Assembly (NCBI GenBank): GCA_947260005.1
Contig: CAMYOL010000010.1
Location: forward strand, 26,227 to 90,226
Source: an uncultured Ectothiorhodospiraceae bacterium
GTDB taxonomy: Bacteria > Pseudomonadota > Gammaproteobacteria > UBA6429 > Thiohalophilaceae
Length of the DNA stretch: 64,000 bases
Direction of reading: 5' to 3'
The stretch's first letter is position 1. The number at the start of each line of letters is the position of its first letter. This document shows positions 59,278 to 64,000 of the stretch, one piece after another. The position numbers and the translations under genes were made by a program. The notes below the pieces were generated by a model. The model saw only the letters and a list, made by a program, of their open reading frames with translations. It had not been told where the DNA came from and ran no database searches.

Positions 59278-60625
59278 CGCCCTTGTACAGGGGCAGATCC
59301 CACTGACTTAGACCGGAGGCAGTAACCACACTGTGTGGTTCCAATCGGAGTCTGTGTTTTTGATAACCAGGATTACTGCACAACCCCGTTTGTATTCTAC
59401 GCGTAAGCTCGACATTTAATTTTCCCGCCCGAATGAACTTTTGGTGATCAAGGAGATCAACATAGCGGGCCAACACGTCATGCAGTGAGGTGCCCAGAGG
59501 GACATAGTGCTCTTGTCCCTGTATATACACTATGATCTCGGGAATAATTAAACTGCGACCATTGAAATACTCTGAGAGCACATCGGGATTTATAGAAGAG
59601 GCAGCGGAATTATTAGATGTGGTATCGGTACCGGTACTACCTGGCCATTTGTTATTTATTATATCAGTTGTGGCATTGTTTAATTCTAATCGTGTGTTGG
59701 ACAGAAGTAAAACCACCCTTTTTTGAGGTGTTGGTTCTTTTTCTTTTAGAAGTTCTTTCGAAATTGTAAATTCATTCGGAAAAACTAGGCGAGCATAACG
59801 CTTGCTAGTCTCGCAGGGCGGTGAATCTGGATCTTCGCAAAGGGCAAGATCTGGAGCGCCGCTAATCATTCTGTATTTTTTTTGTCCTCCAACATATTTC
59901 ATAGGGGCCATGCTCGCAAGGAATGGTTCAAACCCAAGTAGCTGATCCATCCGGCGAATCACCTGCAGATACGAGACTCCCCTGCCCACATAGGCATTGA
60001 AATCGCTAGCATTCGGGTCAACCATCTGATATGCAGCATGCTCGATACGCAGACGCATTCCGGGGTGTAGATCAACATAACGATTTATTGCATCGAATCC
60101 GTATTTAAACGCCAGGGATTCATCCATGCGCATCGGCAGAACGTCGGCAGTGTGAGCAAGGATCTCTTGTGCATCGCCCTTATTCAGACAGTTGGCGTAC
60201 TCCAGTTTCTCAAGTTCCAAACCAAAAGCCTCGAAAGATGACAGCAAAGCGGTCGACTTGCGGTACTTTGGTATGTCTGAATCTTCTTTCTTGCCAGAAA
60301 ATATGTATTTTGCAGACACAGTAACTTGCGCGATATTTTTGTTACCACTAGACCAACGCAAGTTAAAGGCTTTATTGTCTTGATCCGCTGTAGAAATTAT
60401 ATCACAAGACTCTTTGCTGACTTTATCGGCGCCAACATCACTTACCTGGATAACTAAGTCCTTTTTCTTTTTTTCATTAAAGCACGCTGGTAAAAGGTAA
60501 GGTACATTATCAATGTCAGGGGATTTGTTAAAACTTGTACTGACTCGCGGTGGTGGCTTGGAGCAGCCAACCGTTAAAAAAGCCAAAAGAAAGGTGTTTA
60601 TAAATATTATTATTATTCTTATCAT
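59261..60625 (-). CDS. Lipoprotein (454 aa), first gene of the operon
   Basis: Signal peptide with lipobox: MIRIIIIFINTFLLAFLTVG-C. An AGGTGA box lies 4 nt before the ATG. The C-terminal ~90 aa (SLIIPEIIVYIQGQEHYVPLGTSLHDVLARY...LPLYKGDDLRW) loosely resembles a beta-grasp/SLBB-type domain. That resemblance is inference only. Confidence 0.85.
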   Translation of the reverse strand: MIRIIIIFINTFLLAFLTVGCSKPPPRVSTSFNKSPDIDNVPYLLPACFNEKKKKDLVIQVSDVGADKVSKESCDIISTADQDNKAFNLRWSSGNKNIAQVTVSAKYIFSGKKEDSDIPKYRKSTALLSSFEAFGLELEKLEYANCLNKGDAQEILAHTADVLPMRMDESLAFKYGFDAINRYVDLHPGMRLRIEHAAYQMVDPNASDFNAYVGRGVSYLQVIRRMDQLLGFEPFLASMAPMKYVGGQKKYRMISGAPDLALCEDPDSPPCETSKRYARLVFPNEFTISKELLKEKEPTPQKRVVLLLSNTRLELNNATTDIINNKWPGSTGTDTTSNNSAASSINPDVLSEYFNGRSLIIPEIIVYIQGQEHYVPLGTSLHDVLARYVDLLDHQKFIRAGKLNVELTRRIQTGLCSNPGYQKHRLRLEPHSVVTASGLSQWDLPLYKGDDLRW

Positions 60626-61238
60626 ACTGTCACCTATATTTTTAGATTAATGTTATTACTCTGCCAATACTCCCCCAACGAAACAATAACGACACAAAAA
60701 TATATTTTATAATATGATGAATAAAACAGTATTTAGTTTTCAAATATTCTTTCTTAACAATTCAAAATGGCTAATTTATTTTAGCCAGGACGGATTCAAG
60801 CTCGGTTACATCTAAATTGATTTACTATTTATAATGCACTCAATTTAAGTCTAGTAAGTGAACGGTGAATGTCAATACGCCGGGCAGCTGACGAAACGTT
60901 TAGAAAGTCATGCGAACGGAAATATTGCATTAAAATACAATACATATTTGAAATTTAATGTTATATAAATCACATACGATTAGATTTACCTCCTTACGTC
61001 TAATCTTTACTCAATAACCCAAATAATAATCACGTTAGTTTCAGCTATAATGATAATTAACGTACGTGTAAGCAAATCCAAATACATTAAAATATATGAT
61101 TAAACTTATAAGGTTTATTCTAGTGTGAAATTAAGACTTATTAATGATGGACTTTTAAAATGGCAACAATAAATCCTTAATGATTTTTTAGCTCATATTT
61201 TTTCGAAAACAAAATAAACAGGCATAACGGGAGACTCG
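60626..61238. promoter_or_regulatory. AT-rich divergent intergenic region, presumed to hold the promoters of the six-gene operon (leftward) and the patatin-like gene (rightward)
   Basis: A 613-nt non-coding, very AT-rich gap separates two divergently oriented start codons, each with an SD box. I could not assign specific -35/-10 elements with confidence. Confidence 0.4.
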
Positions 61239-64000
61239 ATGATACCCGAGAAGTTTAAAAGCTTTCTTATCTTTCTGGATAGTCGTCTGCGCAGATTTGA
61301 CTGGTGCAAAGACCGCAACTACGCACCCAAAAAGATCAACTTTATACATGTCATGGGACATGCTCCCACTATTAGTATTCTTATTATTCCATTGACAATA
61401 CTAATCATAGTGGGTCCGACACTGGACGCCCTGGACCTGAACGCCATTCTATTATTAATAGTATTTATTAGCTTTCTTGTGGTTATGCAAAATAAATGGG
61501 GCAAGGGAACTCAGTTGTTTTGGCTGCAAAATAGCTCACTGTTACTGTTATCTATATTAATTTGGTTTTGGCTAGGCTCAAAGAATACTGAACACAGTGG
61601 CGAAGTTTATCAACACATTCTTATTCCTGCCTTTTGGGTCATGTTGGCGGGCATGTTCTTTGCGCGTTTCTTGGCAAAGGTATTGTTCAAAAGCTATGCT
61701 CATAAGTTTGCAAATCATTTAAAACAGGTTGAGCTGTTTTTCTCTACCAAAGATCATGATTTTAACGTGTCCTGGAAAGCCTTTGCGCGCTGTTTTTTTA
61801 CCGCCCCCATCTATCATCCTCTACAACTCTTATTGTTGCCATCGTTTGCATTGTTAACTATTGCGGATCGTACCTGGATGCTCATTGTTGCAAGCGCCTT
61901 ATTGTTAATCGTATGGTTATATATTACTGCAGCGGATGTACACAAACGCTTGTCACAATTGATTTACATATTCAAAGGCAAGTTTTTTATAGGCGGTCAG
62001 TTAGTGGTCAGTTTGATAATTATTATATTAGCCATAGGACGGCTTACCGAGAACGCCTACATTACTACGTTAATCGAATCCGATCCTGAGCATGTAAACT
62101 ACTCTATTTTAGTATACATCATAGCGGCCTATGTGCTGTTTTGGTTTTATGAATACTGGATAAACCGGCCATTAGTAGAACGCATTATCGATACATTTAG
62201 GCAAAAAGAGGATGTAACCGAAGTCGGACAAATTAATTATCCAATCAAACAAACCCAGACCAGAGTTAAAAAAGATAGAAGGAAAATGCAAATCCATGGC
62301 GGCGCCCGATTTGCAGTTGTGGGAGAGCTGTCTCCACCTGAAAAAGAAGCCGAAGAAGATACGAATAAAGATAACCAGAGTGAAAATAGCTCCCCCGTCG
62401 AGTGCTGGCACACCTATACGCGCTTACATTTATTCGACACGATTTATCAACAATTAGACCAAACGAGTAAGTCTGCCTATGAATACTATCAGCAAGCACA
62501 AATAATAAAGCAACGCATGCGTTTTTATTTTTTAATGTTAAATCTTTATTTGATCGTCGCGTTAATAGTGATTGCGGGATTCTATAGATCTTTACCGCAA
62601 AAAGCGGAAGTTTCGGCCAATCAAACTCCGATAATTGGAGCTATTACACATTATGATTTGCATGATCATATTTTTGGAGACAAACGAGTCCAATCACAGA
62701 TAGCCTCGCTAACCACACCTTTAGATAAGAATAAAGTTATTCTGCTATCTGCCTCTGGAGGTGGTAGCCGTGCAGCATTATATGCCACCTCGGTATTGCA
62801 TGGGTTGGCCGATATAAAATTACTGGACAATGTTGTATTAACCAGTAGTGTCTCCGGAGGCAGCGCGTCTATGGCTTATTTTGGTGCACACCGACAGGAA
62901 TTACTCTCTGCGAATAAAGAACGTTGGGATAAGTTCAGCGAAGATATGGCCCAACCTTTTATTCAGGACGTGCTAGATGGGGTTGTCGAATGGCGACTAA
63001 TCGGCGGTGTTAAAAATGAGAATTCACTCGCAAAGGCCGGAAAGAAATATGGATTCCGTATGGGAGATTTATTAGCTGAAAGCTTCGAACGTCGATTAGG
63101 GTTAGATCCTAAACTTAAAATGTCTCACATAGGGCAACAACAGGATGTTGGTCTTATCTTTAATACAGCATTAGTCGCTGCATTCCCTCGAATCACATGC
63201 GAGACGGTAAAAAGTGCTATCAATGGAGGAAAGGTTAAAAATACTGAACGTCTTCAAGTATGGGAACAATGTCTGTGTACACCAGATGTCTTAATTGCCG
63301 ACCGCGAAGCTCAATGTACAGATTTACGTACATCTCTAGGACAAGGTGGACGTTTGATCTTCACTAATCTTAATGACACATCTGCCTTTCCTAAAAAGGG
63401 TTTACCGAAAGCAGAGCATGAGTACTTAACGTATGTTACGGTACAAGACCCCAAAGTTAAGCTGGCCAAAGCCGCATCTCTTAGCGCAAATTTTCCACCT
63501 GTCTTTCCAAACTCGGCAGTTGACCTGGGCAATACAACACGTCACTGGGTTACCGATGGAGGCGCTTCCGATAATCGAGGTATATTGTCATTGTTGTACG
63601 CATTAAAAGGTGCAATAAAAAAAGAACTCGACTCCAAAAAATCGCTTCAAATTAAATCTCCGCAAAGAGATTGCGGCAAGCCCTCATCTGAAACAATGCC
63701 ACCTGACATCCACGTGATCATCGCGGAAGCTTCGGCAACCAGTTTAGCTTACTCTTCAGGCAGTGGTTTGGATGCCAAGTTTTCCGCACCCACCAGATTC
63801 GCCAGTCAGTTAATGATTCACTTAAGCCAGGATATTGAAACCATGTATAAAAAGCTAGGGGGCTGTGTTCACTATCAGTATTTAGCCATGCCTTTAACCT
63901 TGCGTAGTAATGGTGGGCTGGGTACGCACTGGATGTTGCCCGCCAGCGTAAAATTTAAACCTCCCTTAAAAATGGCATTATACTCAGACACTGATAGCTT
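61239..64000 (+). CDS. Polytopic membrane domain fused to a patatin-like phospholipase domain. Partial: the C-terminus is outside the window.
   Basis: Hand-translated open frame from the ATG at 61239 to the window edge, about 920 codons. GGGAG lies 5-6 nt upstream, and an in-frame TAA lies 8 codons upstream. It is absent from the track because it has no stop codon. The N-terminal ~450 aa contain several hydrophobic helices, for example ISILIIPLTILIIVGP, AILLLIVFISFLVV, LLLLSILIWFWL, ILIPAFWVMLAGMFFA, MLIVASALLLIVWLYI, VVSLIIIILAI, ILVYIIAAYVLFWFY and LMLNLYLIVALIVIAGF. Patatin motifs: LSASGGGSRAALY (GGGxR oxyanion loop, about 62757), SSVSGGSA (nucleophile elbow, about 62850) and TDGGASDNRGI (catalytic Asp, DGG motif, about 63555). 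Confidence 0.8.
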   Translation, partial: MIPEKFKSFLIFLDSRLRRFDWCKDRNYAPKKINFIHVMGHAPTISILIIPLTILIIVGPTLDALDLNAILLLIVFISFLVVMQNKWGKGTQLFWLQNSSLLLLSILIWFWLGSKNTEHSGEVYQHILIPAFWVMLAGMFFARFLAKVLFKSYAHKFANHLKQVELFFSTKDHDFNVSWKAFARCFFTAPIYHPLQLLLLPSFALLTIADRTWMLIVASALLLIVWLYITAADVHKRLSQLIYIFKGKFFIGGQLVVSLIIIILAIGRLTENAYITTLIESDPEHVNYSILVYIIAAYVLFWFYEYWINRPLVERIIDTFRQKEDVTEVGQINYPIKQTQTRVKKDRRKMQIHGGARFAVVGELSPPEKEAEEDTNKDNQSENSSPVECWHTYTRLHLFDTIYQQLDQTSKSAYEYYQQAQIIKQRMRFYFLMLNLYLIVALIVIAGFYRSLPQKAEVSANQTPIIGAITHYDLHDHIFGDKRVQSQIASLTTPLDKNKVILLSASGGGSRAALYATSVLHGLADIKLLDNVVLTSSVSGGSASMAYFGAHRQELLSANKERWDKFSEDMAQPFIQDVLDGVVEWRLIGGVKNENSLAKAGKKYGFRMGDLLAESFERRLGLDPKLKMSHIGQQQDVGLIFNTALVAAFPRITCETVKSAINGGKVKNTERLQVWEQCLCTPDVLIADREAQCTDLRTSLGQGGRLIFTNLNDTSAFPKKGLPKAEHEYLTYVTVQDPKVKLAKAASLSANFPPVFPNSAVDLGNTTRHWVTDGGASDNRGILSLLYALKGAIKKELDSKKSLQIKSPQRDCGKPSSETMPPDIHVIIAEASATSLAYSSGSGLDAKFSAPTRFASQLMIHLSQDIETMYKKLGGCVHYQYLAMPLTLRSNGGLGTHWMLPASVKFKPPLKMALYSDTDS

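Noticed and set aside
44504-60625. Antisense and alternative-frame ORFs inside the operon genes, for example 51990..52385 (+), 52522..52854 (-), 53385..53693 (+), 56302..56701 (+) and 58625..59050 (+).
   Set aside because: They are embedded in long, well-supported minus-strand ORFs. Their translations are Ser/Leu/Phe-rich, as expected for the antisense of AT-rich coding DNA, and they have no start signals.
43564-60625. Interpretation of the operon as an extracellular contractile injection system, T6SS, phage tail or Tc-toxin locus. This was prompted by the LysM content, two ~150-aa paralogs that could mimic tube proteins, and the very large proteins.
   Set aside because: I found no sheath, VgrG/spike, PAAR, gp25/baseplate-J-like motif, AAA ATPase, Rhs/YD repeat or portal/terminase. 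The small paralogs lack the N-terminal pattern I associate with gp19-type tube proteins. Only structure or profile searches can settle this.

Overview
Bacterial chromosomal window, about 36-47% GC by eye, with Shine-Dalgarno boxes and one lipobox lipoprotein. I saw no rRNA, tRNA, CRISPR array, transposase or integrase. Nearly everything is transcribed on the minus strand.

(1) Positions 1-35732 are one uninterrupted minus-strand frame. It starts at a GTG at 35732 behind a GGAGG box and encodes a Sec-type signal peptide. There are at least 11,910 codons in the window, and the C-terminus lies beyond the left edge. The product is a giant surface protein. It contains tandem Ig-like modules, LVIVD-type beta-propeller blocks alternating with IPT/TIG domains, thrombospondin type-3 calcium-binding repeats and a Gly-rich beta-helix-like end.

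(2) 35733-37380 is a 1.65-kb AT-rich non-coding stretch carrying an 11-unit TTGGG microsatellite that could form a G-quadruplex.

(3) 37.4-43.1 kb is a cell-wall-hydrolase neighbourhood:
- a histidine phosphatase gene split by an 11-bp tandem duplication;
- an FN3 + M23 peptidase with a C-terminal membrane anchor;
- a secreted hypothetical protein;
- a hexanucleotide microsatellite inside a 49-codon sORF;
- a leaderless LAS/extensin-like peptidase with a PG_binding_1-like tail, followed by an 81-aa internally duplicated protein.

(4) 43564-60625 is a tightly coupled six-gene operon and my best candidate for an undescribed system. It encodes a lipoprotein, a 1309-aa protein, two paralogous ~155-aa proteins, a 3238-aa protein with 14 LysM-like units, and a leaderless S8 protease. 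It matches no secretion, injection or toxin system I recognise.

(5) 61239 to beyond 64000 (+) encodes a polytopic membrane domain fused to a patatin-like phospholipase.

All calls come from hand translation and motif recognition. No database search, HMM scan or composition calculation was possible.
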